Of a stretch of 64,000 bases of DNA, positions 10,239 through 22,380 are shown piece after piece. Source of the stretch: an uncultured Colwellia sp. (GTDB lineage Bacteria; Pseudomonadota; Gammaproteobacteria; Enterobacterales; Alteromonadaceae); NCBI GenBank assembly GCA_965261045.1, contig CBDHCJ010000002.1, positions 48,975 through 112,974 of the forward strand, in the 5' to 3' direction. Both the position numbers and the translations under genes were made by a program. The notes under the pieces were generated by a model. It was not told where the DNA came from. It ran no database searches and saw only the letters and a list, made by a program, of their open reading frames with translations. Within the stretch, counting starts at the first letter, position 1; each line of letters begins with the position of its first letter.

Positions 10239-10264
10239 CTTGAAAAAGACCCGTTCAGCCCAAT
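10239..10264 (+). promoter_or_regulatory. Putative sigma-32 promoter of fxsA
   Basis: cttgaa-N14-cccaat versus consensus CTTGAA-N13/14-CCCCAT. Confidence 0.55.
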
Positions 10265-10293
10265 ATAAGTTTCATAGAAAATAAGGAATTATT

Positions 10294-10860
10294 ATGTTTC
10301 GTGTATTATTTGTACTTTTTATTATCATCCCTATTATTGAAATTAGTGTGTTAATGCAAGTAGGTGAGTTACTAGGAATGTGGCCAACTATCGGTATTGT
10401 TATTTTTAGTGCTTGGCTAGGCGCAAAATATGTCCGTCAACAAGGCATAGCAACGCTACAGTCGGTGCAAGCTAAAATAGCACAAGGCGAAATACCATCA
10501 AATGAAATTGTTACAGGGCTGATGTTGCTCGTTGCTGGGGTGTTATTAGTTACTCCTGGGTTTGTTACCGACGTTTTTGGTCTGTTGTTACTTGTACCTA
10601 ATGTTCGTCAAGCAATAGCAATTAGTGTGCAAAAACATATTAAAGTTAATCCTTATGTTACCAGAAGCGGTGCAAGATCGAGCTTTAATACGGACAATAC
10701 CTACACGGACAATACCTACACGGACAATACCTACACGGGCAATACCTACGAACATCAAGCTAGCTCTCAAGCATCAAACCAAGACAGTCACAATATCTCT
10801 CATCATCAAGGTGAAACAATTGAAGGTGAATATTCTCGTAAAGATTCTTGTAAAGAATAA
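10294..10860 (+). CDS. fxsA: FxsA family membrane protein with an in-frame (TDNTY)n expansion
   Basis: IIPIIEISVLMQVG...LLVTPGFVTD...TIEGEY; 15-bp unit x4 at 10690..10749. Confidence 0.93.
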   Translation: MFRVLFVLFIIIPIIEISVLMQVGELLGMWPTIGIVIFSAWLGAKYVRQQGIATLQSVQAKIAQGEIPSNEIVTGLMLLVAGVLLVTPGFVTDVFGLLLLVPNVRQAIAISVQKHIKVNPYVTRSGARSSFNTDNTYTDNTYTDNTYTGNTYEHQASSQASNQDSHNISHHQGETIEGEYSRKDSCKE

Positions 10861-10876
10861 AAAAATAACCTGTAGG

Positions 10877-10902
10877 CTTGTGAATAATTATTTTATCCCC
10901 AC
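10877..10902 (+). promoter_or_regulatory. Putative sigma-32 promoter of groESL
   Basis: cttgtg-N14-ccccac upstream of groES. Confidence 0.6.
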
Positions 10903-10948
10903 TTCTAGTTCTAGTTATAACAAATTAAACATCCTCAGGAGAAAATAA

Positions 10949-11239
10949 ATGAGCATTCGCCCATTACATGATCGTGTAATCATAAAACGTAAAGAAGTTG
11001 AATCAACATCAGCCGGTGGCATTGTATTAACAGGTAGTGCCGCTGAGAAATCTACTCGCGGTGAAGTTATTGCTGTAGGTAATGGCCGTATTTTAGACAA
11101 TGGTGAAGTACGCGCTTTAGACGTTAAAGTTGGTGACCAAATTATCTTTTCAGAAGGTTATGGCGCTAAAACTGAAAAAATTGATGGTGAGGAAGTACTG
11201 ATCCTTTCTGAGTCAGACATTCTTGCTATTGTTGATTAA
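10949..11239 (+). CDS. groES: Co-chaperonin GroES
   Basis: [14 protein letters not shown]...[14 protein letters not shown]. Confidence 0.99.
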   Translation: MSIRPLHDRVIIKRKEVESTSAGGIVLTGSAAEKSTRGEVIAVGNGRILDNGEVRALDVKVGDQIIFSEGYGAKTEKIDGEEVLILSESDILAIVD

Positions 11240-11262
11240 TCTCAATAATAATTGAACTCTAA

Positions 11263-12966
<1,704 letters not shown>

Positions 12967-13004
12967 TCATCCTTTGATTATTTCATAAGAACTCATAAGG
13001 TTTC

Positions 13005-13042
13005 AAAAAGCCCGTAAAGATATGCTGTACGGGCTTTTTTTT
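13005..13042 (+). terminator. groESL terminator
   Basis: aaaaagcccgta-N11-tacgggctttttttt. Confidence 0.85.
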
Positions 13043-13119
13043 ATGCTTGATATATCTATAAAATAGGTATAATAGAATTAACTCAGCGCTAAATTTTAAA
13101 TAAATAAGTACAGCTAACT

Positions 13120-14121
13120 ATGACAGTAAATACACCACAACCTGATAATCAATTGAATAAGAGCCAAAAATCAGAGCTACTTAAATTGAAAGATCGTTTT
13201 AATTCGTCACTTTTGGATATTATGAATACGTCAGGAAAATATAATGCTAACTTAGATTTGCTTAAAGTATGGCCTGAAACGAATAATTTACCTGAACTTT
13301 ATAGTCAGCTAACCGAGCTAAAAGAGTGTCTTAATAGTTTTAGACCGCTTAATCCAAACATGGTAAAAAACTTAAACAAAGAACTCGACATTAAATATAC
13401 CTACGAATCAAACTGTATCGAAGGAAATTCATTAACGCTAGGTGAAACAGACCAAGTAATTAATACAGGCCTAACCATTGGTGGTAAGCCACTTGTAGAC
13501 CATTTAGAAGCTATTAACCATCAAGAGGCTATCCAATACATTCGTGATTTGGCTAAGGATGAAATTGAGTTTTCAGAGCATGAAATTAAAAATATTAACT
13601 CGCTTATACTTAAAGGTATTCAAAACGAACATAAAGGTCAATATAGGCAACAACCTGTATTTGTAATGCAGCAAGATGGCAGCAAACACCAGTTTCCACA
13701 GCCTTATATTTTGCCAAAATTGATGGAAGATTTTTTTCTGTTTTTTAATAAAAACAAAAATACGTTACACCCTGTTGAAATGGCAGCACACCTTCATCAA
13801 AAGCTGGTAAATATTCACCCTTTTATTGACGGAAACGGGCGTACTTCAAGATTAGTTATGAATTTATACTTATTTCAACATGGCTACCCAGTAACAGTTA
13901 TTGATTCTGAAATGAGTAAACGCAAAGCATATTACACCGTATTATCAAATTATCGTGGTGTCATCAGTGGTGGTGACAGTAAACCATTTCAATTATTTGT
14001 TGCTCAAAAAGCAAAAGAATCACTAATTGAACAAGTAAACTTTTTTTCTCAAGATGGTACCGATGAAGGAAAAGAAAAAGGTTATGAATTCTTTAAAAAA
14101 ATTGAACATTTACTTATGTAA
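13120..14121 (+). CDS. Fic family protein with intramolecular inhibitory helix motif
   Basis: Canonical HPFIDGNGRTSR; upstream SNCIEG matches (S/T)xxxE(G/N). Confidence 0.92.
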   Translation: MTVNTPQPDNQLNKSQKSELLKLKDRFNSSLLDIMNTSGKYNANLDLLKVWPETNNLPELYSQLTELKECLNSFRPLNPNMVKNLNKELDIKYTYESNCIEGNSLTLGETDQVINTGLTIGGKPLVDHLEAINHQEAIQYIRDLAKDEIEFSEHEIKNINSLILKGIQNEHKGQYRQQPVFVMQQDGSKHQFPQPYILPKLMEDFFLFFNKNKNTLHPVEMAAHLHQKLVNIHPFIDGNGRTSRLVMNLYLFQHGYPVTVIDSEMSKRKAYYTVLSNYRGVISGGDSKPFQLFVAQKAKESLIEQVNFFSQDGTDEGKEKGYEFFKKIEHLLM

Positions 14122-14355
14122 GATTTTAAACACTCAAGGGTATAATGTGGGGTATTTAAAGCACTGTTCACTTTAAGTTGTTTACATCTGCTTACGGTGT
14201 GGTGAGCAGCATGATATAGCCAAAGCAAGGTTAACAACGCGTAGCAATTATCCGAGTAAACGTGATAAAACCATTTTATCAAACTAATTAACATTTATTG
14301 ACAATATTAGTAGCCGAGATAAGGTCTAATAACAATGTACTGTTCATAAGAGAAT

Positions 14356-14892
14356 ATGCTAATGAAAAAATTAACAATTGTTTTACTGGTTATGTCTACC
14401 TTTGTTTCATTACTCAATGTTGCTTATGCAGCGACATCAGAAATAACTTGGACCGACCATAAAAAGTATCGAGATATACACCCTGGTAACGAAAGTCGCA
14501 AACATTTTCGTGAGCGTACTTTTAAACAGTTTGAAAAGCACTTTGCTAAATTGGCAGAAAAACTGCCAGAAGGGCAAATCTTAAAAATTAATGTTACTGA
14601 TGTAGATTTAGCTGGTGCTACTTATATTGGTGGTACTTATATTGGTGGTATTAATCAATTACGCATTATTAAAGATCTTTATTTTCCTCGAATGAATTTT
14701 TCTTACGAATTAGTCAATGTTGATGGCAGTATAGTTACTTCCGATGAAATCGTTCTTAAGGATATGAATTTTATGATGGCTGCCAGTTTAAAGTACCGCA
14801 ATAGATCACTAGGTTATGAAAAGAAAATGTTGGATGATTGGTTTGCTGAAACTTTCGAAAAACATATTGTTAGCCAAAAAAGAGTTCATTAA
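14356..14892 (+). CDS. DUF3016-like exported protein
   Basis: Signal peptide; I.VTDVDLAG...LRIIKDLYFPRMNFSY...EKKMLDDWF; TYIGG duplicated in frame. Confidence 0.8.
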   Translation: MLMKKLTIVLLVMSTFVSLLNVAYAATSEITWTDHKKYRDIHPGNESRKHFRERTFKQFEKHFAKLAEKLPEGQILKINVTDVDLAGATYIGGTYIGGINQLRIIKDLYFPRMNFSYELVNVDGSIVTSDEIVLKDMNFMMAASLKYRNRSLGYEKKMLDDWFAETFEKHIVSQKRVH

Positions 14893-14966
14893 CATAAATA
14901 ACGATAACTTTTTATAGGCACGATAAAGACTGAGCAAATATTTAGTCTTTATCGTTTATGATTGTT

Positions 14967-15275
14967 TTATTGACTATGACTCTGTTCAAACCCTGCAAGT
15001 ACAGTAAACAGTTGTTCAATTTTTTTTACTAAAGGAATTAACCGTGTTTGTTGCGTTTTATTTTCTTGCCAATGCAATAAATCATCAGCAATTTCTTGCA
15101 CATAAGGTTGAAAAGTATTGGCGGTGCATTTAAAACCAGCAGCCTTTTTAAAAACGGCTTCAAAACTGGCTTTTTTCTTATCACGTAGATCGGCTAAAGT
15201 AGCATCTGCGGTTAAAGATTTTTTTAAAATTACCGAAATATTTTCTATTAATTGTTGTTCTATGGCTTTGGTCAT
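14967..15275 (-). CDS. Small hypothetical helical protein
   Basis: 102-aa ORF with RBS-like spacing, convergent on the hairpin at about 14920-14955; no function assignable. Confidence 0.6.
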   Translation of the reverse strand: MTKAIEQQLIENISVILKKSLTADATLADLRDKKKASFEAVFKKAAGFKCTANTFQPYVQEIADDLLHWQENKTQQTRLIPLVKKIEQLFTVLAGFEQSHSQ

Positions 15276-15309
15276 GTTGTCGTTTTCTTACTTCAATATA
15301 TTGTAGGGA

Positions 15310-16398
15310 TTATGTCAGATCTATCGGAATTTTGTTAGCTGCACCAGCAATTTCTCTTACCAGTCGTGGCATTAAGAACCCTGGTAATGTTGCTAGCATG
15401 TCTTTAACTATCGCAACAGCATCTTGCTCTTTTACATCAAAGTGTGCCGCGCCTTGTATTTGATCAAATAAGTGCAAATAATAAGGTTGAATGCCCGCAT
15501 CAAATAGCTGTTCACTTAACTCAATTAAGGTTTGGCTATTATCATTAATGCCTTTTAGTAAAACACTTTGATTAAAGAGTGCAATACCTGCAGATCTTAA
15601 GGGTTTTAATGCCTTGATAAAATCACTATCAATTTCATTGGCATGGTTAATATGCAGTACCAACACTGATTTTAACCGACTACTTTTTAATAATTGAACT
15701 AAATTCATGGTGATGCGACGGGGAATTACCACAGGTAAACGGCTATGAATACGCAAACGTTTTATATGATCAATTTTTTCAATTTGCTTAATAAGCCAAG
15801 CTAAATGATCATCACTGGCCATTAATGGATCACCACCACTAAAAATAACTTCAGATATTTCATTGTGCTGATAAATATAATCAAGCGCTTGTTGCCAGCG
15901 TTGCTTATTTGGACTGTTATCCTGATAAGGGAAATGGCGACGAAAGCAGTATCGACAATTAATGGCACAACCTGCTTTAACTATCATTAGCACACGATTT
16001 TTGTATTTATGCAATAATCCTTCTGCGACTGTATCGTGTTCCTCTAATGGGTCGGTAACAAACCCGTCAGTAATAATAAACTCATTTGATAATGGCATCA
16101 CTTGTTGTAAAAGTGGATCGTTAATATCGCCTTTTTTCATCCGTTTAATAAAAGGCAAAGGCACTCGTATAGGAAACAGTTGCCGCGCTTTAAAATGCTG
16201 TAAATATTGCTTAGGGTCAATATTAACTAAGGAGAGTAGTTTTTCTGGCTCAGTAATAACTTTTTGCAAATCTTTTTGCCATGAATTTTGCTCACAAAGA
16301 TGCAAATCTGTGTCTATTTGGGTTATTATCTGCGGCAATTCTAATTTCAATGGGTAACCTCTACTCGTTATGGCTTGTAGTTTAATGGTTATCAACAA
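15310..16398 (-). CDS. epmB: EF-P beta-lysylation protein EpmB (lysine 2,3-aminomutase-like radical SAM); true start probably downstream of track start
   Basis: CAINCRYCFRRHFPY, SGGDPL, QPYYLH; divergent from efp. Confidence 0.95.
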   Translation of the reverse strand: MLITIKLQAITSRGYPLKLELPQIITQIDTDLHLCEQNSWQKDLQKVITEPEKLLSLVNIDPKQYLQHFKARQLFPIRVPLPFIKRMKKGDINDPLLQQVMPLSNEFIITDGFVTDPLEEHDTVAEGLLHKYKNRVLMIVKAGCAINCRYCFRRHFPYQDNSPNKQRWQQALDYIYQHNEISEVIFSGGDPLMASDDHLAWLIKQIEKIDHIKRLRIHSRLPVVIPRRITMNLVQLLKSSRLKSVLVLHINHANEIDSDFIKALKPLRSAGIALFNQSVLLKGINDNSQTLIELSEQLFDAGIQPYYLHLFDQIQGAAHFDVKEQDAVAIVKDMLATLPGFLMPRLVREIAGAANKIPIDLT

Positions 16399-16417
16399 TT
16401 AATAAAAGAGCACAATT

Positions 16418-16987
16418 ATGGCTAATTTCAGTACTAACCAATTTAAAGCAGGGCTTAAAATCATGCTTGATGGCGAACCATGTAACATTATTGAAAATGA
16501 ATTGGTTAAACCAGGAAAAGGGCAAGCCTTTAGTCGCGTTAAAATTCGTAAACTAGTTTCTGGTAAAGTATTAGAAAAAACATTCAAATCGGGTGAGTCA
16601 GTTGAAGGTGCTGATGTGATGGAAGTTGAGTTGGCGTATCTGTATGCTGATGGTGAATTTTGGCATTTCATGAACAATGAAACCTTTGAACAAATTGGCG
16701 CTGACGAAAAAGCTGTTGCTGACGTAGTAAAGTGGTTAGTAGAAGGTGATATTTGTACTATTACTTTATGGAATGGCACCCCCATTTTGGTAACACCACC
16801 TAACTTTGTTGAAATTGATATTACCGAGACGGATCCAGGTTTAAAAGGTGATACTGCTGGTACTGGTGGTAAACCTGCTACGTTAGCTACTGGCGCAGTA
16901 ATACGTGTGCCATTATTTGTGCAAATTGGTGAAAAAGTTAAAATTGACACTCGCACAGGTGAGTATGTATCACGCGCAGCAAGGTAA
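16418..16987 (+). CDS. efp: Elongation factor P
   Basis: KPGKGQAF loop; [20 protein letters not shown]. Confidence 0.99.
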   Translation: MANFSTNQFKAGLKIMLDGEPCNIIENELVKPGKGQAFSRVKIRKLVSGKVLEKTFKSGESVEGADVMEVELAYLYADGEFWHFMNNETFEQIGADEKAVADVVKWLVEGDICTITLWNGTPILVTPPNFVEIDITETDPGLKGDTAGTGGKPATLATGAVIRVPLFVQIGEKVKIDTRTGEYVSRAAR

Positions 16988-17068
16988 TTCCGTTATTAAT
17001 ATATACTCAAGGGATGTTGTGGCTTATATTCTTACTTGTTATTCAAGATCTTTTTTAGGGTTTACCTA

Positions 17069-18091
17069 ATGAAAGAAAAAGCGACTTCTTTTGATATTGC
17101 CTACCAAGCAGGTGTTTCTCAATCAACCGTATCTAGGGCGCTACGCAATAGTCCTTTAGTGAATGAAGAAACTCGACAAAAAATTCAGGCTATAGCCAAA
17201 GAGTTAAACTACAAGGTGGATAAAAACGCCAGTAATTTACGTTCACAACACTGTGATACTATCGCTTTGTTATTATTTGAAGATCCCACCAATGATGATT
17301 CAGCTATTAATCCCTTTTTTCTTTCTATGTTGGGTAGTATAACCCGCGTTTGTGCCGATAAAGGTTATGATTTGTTGGTGTCATTCCAACAAGCAAGTAA
17401 TGATTGGCATGCTGACTTTGAAGATAGTAATAGAGCCGACGGTCTGATTTTATTAGGTTATGGTGATTATGTTGATTACGAAGAAAAGTTAATTAAGCTA
17501 AATCAGCAAGGTACGCATTTTGTTCGTTGGGGCGCAGAAGTACAAGGCCTACCGATAGTCTCTATTGGTTGTGATAATTTTCTAGGTGGTAAAGAAATTA
17601 CTAAACATGTAATAAAGCAAGGTAAAAAGCACTTTGCCTTTTTAGGCAGTGCGTCAAGCCATGCACCAGAATTTTTTGATCGCTACAAAGGCCACTGCCA
17701 AGCATTAAAAGAGAATGGTTTAGTCGTGAATGATAACTTACAGTTCAATGCTTTTTATACCGAAGAGGCTGGCTATGAAGCGGCCGTTAAATTAATTGAT
17801 AGCGGTGAAAAATTTGATGCTATTTGCGCTGCCAGTGACTTAATTGCTATTGGCACTATGCGGGCATTAACAGAGCGTAATATTACGATACCAGCACAAG
17901 TTGCCGTAGTCGGGTTTGATGATATTGCTATTGCGAGTTTTACTTTTCCACCATTAACGACAGTGAAACAAGATACTAAGCTAGCAGGAGAATTATTGGT
18001 GAATACTTTGCTTGAGTCTATTCGCGGTAATGATATATCGACGACGTTGATCACACCAGAATTGGTTGTTAGGAAATCTTGCGGTGCATAG
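17069..18091 (+). CDS. LacI-family regulator of the maltose/alpha-glucan locus (MalR-like)
   Basis: ATSFDIAYQAGVSQSTVSRAL HTH; sugar-binding domain; start at MKEKATS. Confidence 0.9.
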   Translation: MKEKATSFDIAYQAGVSQSTVSRALRNSPLVNEETRQKIQAIAKELNYKVDKNASNLRSQHCDTIALLLFEDPTNDDSAINPFFLSMLGSITRVCADKGYDLLVSFQQASNDWHADFEDSNRADGLILLGYGDYVDYEEKLIKLNQQGTHFVRWGAEVQGLPIVSIGCDNFLGGKEITKHVIKQGKKHFAFLGSASSHAPEFFDRYKGHCQALKENGLVVNDNLQFNAFYTEEAGYEAAVKLIDSGEKFDAICAASDLIAIGTMRALTERNITIPAQVAVVGFDDIAIASFTFPPLTTVKQDTKLAGELLVNTLLESIRGNDISTTLITPELVVRKSCGA

Positions 18092-18163
18092 AAAAGAAAT
18101 ACTCTTTACGCTAAACACATTATTAAGAACTGCTCTTATAAAAAACTGTTCTTATAAAGACTT

Positions 18164-19633
18164 TTAAGCGGCTACTTTATCTTTAACAAAATATACCGAC
18201 AGTGCCGCTAAAATCATTGAACCACCAGCAAGCATAATAATATAAATTGCTTGGTTATCAAATATGGCGGTTAATATCCAACCAGCGAAAATACCAGAAA
18301 CAATTTGTGGTGCGGCAATAGTAAAGTTAAAGATCCCCATATAAACGCCCGTTTGTTTAACAGGCAAAGAACCAGCCAAAATAGCATAAGGCATAGCTAA
18401 AATAGCAGCCCAAGCCATACCGATACCAACCATAGGTAAGAATAAATCGACCGCACCTTGAGGTACCTCAATTTGTGTAATAACCAAATTAACCAATGTA
18501 AGTTCAGGGTTGTGCATCAGCATAATGCTTAAATAGCCGATACCACCAGCAAGTAATGAGAATGAATAAGTGAGCTTACGGCCAATTTTATTAGCGACTT
18601 TGGCCATCACTAATGAAGCAATGGCAGCAAATAATGAATAAGCAGCGAAAATAATACCAACCCAATCACCCGCGCTACCTTTCGCTTTGGCAATGTGTTC
18701 TGGAATAGTACCAACAGATTCTAAATAATGTGGATCAAACCATTTAGCATCAATATCCCATATGTGCTGCGCGATAGCTGGCATGGTATAAACCCACATA
18801 ATAAATAAGGCAAACCATGAGAAAAACTGCACTAACGCTAATTGTTTCATTGTGCTTGGCATGGTTTTCATTAACCCAAAAAATGCTGATAATTTTTCGC
18901 CAAGCGCGCGCTCGGTATCACTTTTTTCTAACGGCGATAAGCCATTAGTGCCAGGGGCATATTCTTTCGTTCTAAAGACGGTCCATAATACCGATCCTAA
19001 CATCACAGAAGCGCCAATATAAAATGCCCAAATAACGGATGGCGCAACTGAACCGGTACTAGCTGTATTTTCTAAGCCAATAACATTGGTTAGTACAAAG
19101 GGTAAAATTGAACCAAAGACTGCGCCGATATTAATTAAAAATGACTGAATAGAATAGCCGACATTACGCTGTTCGGCAGGAACCATATCGGATACTAAAG
19201 CGCGAAACGGTTGAAATGCTAAATTAAATGAAGCATCCATTAAAGCAAGCATCATAGCGCCAAAAAATAACGGAGTAATAAAACTTGCCAAGGTAGCTGA
19301 ATTTGGCATTAACAACATACCAATAGCGGCAGCAAAACCACCAGCTAATATATAAGGATTACGACGACCTAAACGGTTCCATGTTCTATCGGAAGCAGAG
19401 CCGACAATAGGCTGAATGAGCAAACCCATAATAGGGGCGACTAACCAGAATAACGATAAAGAATGTAAGTCTGCACCTAAATCTGACAATATTCGACTAG
19501 CATTGGCATTTTGTAAAGCAAAACCAAATTGAACACCAAGAAAGCCAAAACTGACATTCCAAATTTGCCAAAAATTCAACCGAGGTTTATGTTGAGGGAT
19601 GATGGTACTTTCACTGATATTGGTTGTGATCAT
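18164..19633 (-). CDS. MFS (GPH/SUC-like) maltose transporter
   Basis: FWQIWNVSFGFLGVQFGFALQNAN...SDRTWNRLGRRNPY; start taken at MITTNIS. Confidence 0.88.
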   Translation of the reverse strand: MITTNISESTIIPQHKPRLNFWQIWNVSFGFLGVQFGFALQNANASRILSDLGADLHSLSLFWLVAPIMGLLIQPIVGSASDRTWNRLGRRNPYILAGGFAAAIGMLLMPNSATLASFITPLFFGAMMLALMDASFNLAFQPFRALVSDMVPAEQRNVGYSIQSFLINIGAVFGSILPFVLTNVIGLENTASTGSVAPSVIWAFYIGASVMLGSVLWTVFRTKEYAPGTNGLSPLEKSDTERALGEKLSAFFGLMKTMPSTMKQLALVQFFSWFALFIMWVYTMPAIAQHIWDIDAKWFDPHYLESVGTIPEHIAKAKGSAGDWVGIIFAAYSLFAAIASLVMAKVANKIGRKLTYSFSLLAGGIGYLSIMLMHNPELTLVNLVITQIEVPQGAVDLFLPMVGIGMAWAAILAMPYAILAGSLPVKQTGVYMGIFNFTIAAPQIVSGIFAGWILTAIFDNQAIYIIMLAGGSMILAALSVYFVKDKVAA

Positions 19634-19703
19634 ATAGCAGACTCTTAGATTAAGGATGTTTAATTTGAAAAATTTAACAATATTTTCAATATCATCAATA
19701 TAC

Positions 19704-20693
19704 TCATGATGTCTGAAACAAAAAAGCTGCAGCACCCAACAAGCCAGGTTGCTCTTCGGTAATGATATAAGTTGGTGTTCTTTGTGTTAGGTGTGAAAGT
19801 CTTCCTTTGGCTTCAAAACGCTCTCTAAAAGCACTGTTTTTAAGATAATCAACAAATCGTGGCACTATGCCACCAGCGATATAAACACCACCTTGAGTAT
19901 TCATTGTTAACGCTAAGTTACCAGCAAAACTTCCAAGTATTTTACAAAATTGAGTGAGTGTTTGTTGGCAAATAAAGCATGATCCTGCTAGTGCCCGTGA
20001 GCTTATTTCTGCCGCGACAAGTTTATCGCCAGCATGAGAATTTATAATACATAAGGCTTGGTATATTTGTACTAAACCGTAGCCAGAAAGTAATTGTTCG
20101 TATGAAACCCGCGCTTTGATGTTTTTTAATTGCTGTAAAATTTTGATGTCAATTTCGTCAACGGCAGCAAAATCTACATGCCCAGCTTCACCACTAAAGC
20201 AGTGCCATTTATTCACCCCAGAAATAGAGACAGGTACTAAATTGGCAACACCAAGTCCAGTGCCTGGGCCGCATACCGCAATAGGTGCATTTTGAGTGAT
20301 TTCACCACCACCAACTTTTACCTTTTGTGCGTCGCTCAATAAAGGGATAGCCATAGCAATGGCGGTGTAATCATTAATTAGCGTTAAATTATGTAAATTT
20401 AGCTGTTCTTTTAAGGTGTGCTGAGAAAACTGCCAAGGTAAATTAGTCATTGAAATGATATCAGTATCAACAGGACAAGCAATTGCTAAGCAGGCATCAA
20501 TCCTAGCATCAGCTAGCTGCTTACTGTCTATATAGAGCGCAATAACTTCGGCTAAACTGGCGTAATCAGCACATTGATAAGTTTCTATTTCGATATAATT
20601 ATCATCGCTTGACGAATCGGCTAGTGCGAGCCGAATGTTGGTGCCACCAATATCGGCAATTAAATTTATGGTCTTTGCTACCGTTGTATTCAT
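19704..20693 (-). CDS. glk: Glucokinase
   Basis: ADIGGTNIRL, GPGTGLG, GGVYIAGGIVPR; start taken at MNTTVAK. Confidence 0.93.
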   Translation of the reverse strand: MNTTVAKTINLIADIGGTNIRLALADSSSDDNYIEIETYQCADYASLAEVIALYIDSKQLADARIDACLAIACPVDTDIISMTNLPWQFSQHTLKEQLNLHNLTLINDYTAIAMAIPLLSDAQKVKVGGGEITQNAPIAVCGPGTGLGVANLVPVSISGVNKWHCFSGEAGHVDFAAVDEIDIKILQQLKNIKARVSYEQLLSGYGLVQIYQALCIINSHAGDKLVAAEISSRALAGSCFICQQTLTQFCKILGSFAGNLALTMNTQGGVYIAGGIVPRFVDYLKNSAFRERFEAKGRLSHLTQRTPTYIITEEQPGLLGAAAFLFQTS

Positions 20694-20710
20694 TGAAAAT
20701 GCGTACCTAA

Positions 20711-22165
20711 TTATAGTATATCGACTGTTAATGCTTGATGTTGCCAAGCGAATTTAACGATTAATATTTTTGTTTTTTTATCCCAATTCAATTTATCCCA
20801 ATTCAATTGTGTGGCTTCTTTGCCACCAAGGGTAAAGCTTGTTGGCTGGCTTGGCCAATTATGAATGGCTAAGGTCATTTGTCTGCTTTGAGGCATACCA
20901 ACATAATGAGTATCATTTCTTGATAAACGAATACTTAACTTGCCACCTTGTTGATTGGCTTCAAAAGATAATAACTCAAAAAGCCCTTGAGCGTTAGCTT
21001 GAAACATTTCACCATCATCTTCATACATTTCGTAGTTTGCTGAGCTAACTGATTTGTCAGCATAATAATGTAAGGTTAGTGTGCTATTGTCATAATTTAA
21101 AGTGGATTTAATATCATCAATCATCGGAATGAAAGAGCCCGCACGCACTAAAACGGGTAGTGTTTCTAAGTTTGTTGCCATTTCAATCGTTTTATTGCCT
21201 TGATGCTTAGCTTCAGTAAAGTAATCAAACCAAACGCCTTTAGGTAAGGTCACTGATACTGATTTTACCCCAGCATCAACAACAGGGGTTATTAAAAAAG
21301 CATCACCCCAAAGGTAACTTTTAGCATTGTCTATTAGCGTACTATCAAGCTCATTTTCAAAGAACATTGGACGCATTAACGGCATACCTGTAGTGCTGTT
21401 TTGATACGCTAATGTGTAATTATAAGGCAGTAAGTTATACCTGAGTTTGATAAATTTTCGTAAAATGTCTTGAGTTTCTTTATCATGAAATACCACCTCT
21501 GAAGCGATGTTATCTTGGCCGTGTGGACGATAAATCGGTTGAAATACCCCGTATTGTAACCAACGTATATACATTTCCTTATCAAATTTTTCACCACCGC
21601 CTAATAACTTTTCATTTTTACTTAAATGAAAACGAAAACCTTGCACCTCATATTGCTTATCATTGTCTAGCCTTGTACCAGAAAAATAGCCTGATTCTTC
21701 AGCTAATAATAACTGTCTTTCTTGCCCTTGAGTGTTATAAAAAGCAATATTAAAGGGGGCTTTGGTAATAACGGCGGTTAACCTATCGCTGGAAAACTCT
21801 AAGACATCAGCTTTGTTGGTTAACATAAAGCTGGATTCAAGTAATAATTGTTTAGCAGCGCCTTCTTTGATGGCAAATGAAGATAACTTAGCGGCGTTTT
21901 TCGCTAAAGCATTAAGGTTTTTGTTTGTTATGAAATAGTGCACTTCAATGGCTTGCTCACCATAAGCGCTCAAGCTCACTTTACCTTGCTCAGTTGTTAC
22001 CACCAAACGGTTAGCTGTTAATTGATGGCTTATATAGTTATTACTTGAATCCAGCCTTGCCCTTGCTAAATTCGTGTGGCTAAAAGCAGCCGTTTGCATC
22101 AAAAATAAAAGGAATAATATGATTGTTTTTACTGACGAAAGTAAAGTCAAAATGGAGACCCTCAA
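20711..22165 (-). pseudogene. Exported GH31 alpha-glucosidase with apparent in-frame deletion of most of the catalytic barrel
   Basis: N-terminal domain ending EKLLGGGE is fused directly to the late-barrel segment KFDKEMYIRWLQYGVFQPIYRPHG; no WxDxxE nucleophile segment in between. Confidence 0.75.
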
Positions 22166-22221
22166 CTAAAGCTAATATTGTTATCCTTTGATAATAACCT
22201 TGTCCGCTTTACCCCGCATCT

Positions 22222-22264
22222 TGAATACGTATGCAATGACATTATTTCTGTGCATACGTATGCA
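22222..22264. promoter_or_regulatory. Two LacI-type operators between divergent GH31 and GH13 genes
   Basis: Perfect palindrome tgcatacgtatgca (22251..22264) and one-mismatch copy tgaatacgtatgca (22222..22235). Confidence 0.7.
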
Positions 22265-22380
22265 AAGACTATTACCATTTTCATTTATTACGTATTCTTA
22301 TTTCAACGTTAAAAATAACAATAAGCAGATTGCTTAAAAGTTTACTAGAAAATGTACGGAGTTATAGAATGAGTTATAGG

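Noticed and set aside
13047-13073. ttgata...tataat sigma-70 promoter upstream of the first Fic gene
   Set aside because: Spacer is 15 bp, outside the usual 16-18 bp; not reported as a feature.
19698-19710. atatactcatgat match to the MITE terminus at the glk stop (similar short match near 17000)
   Set aside because: Only 11-13 bp in AT-rich DNA and partly within glk coding sequence.
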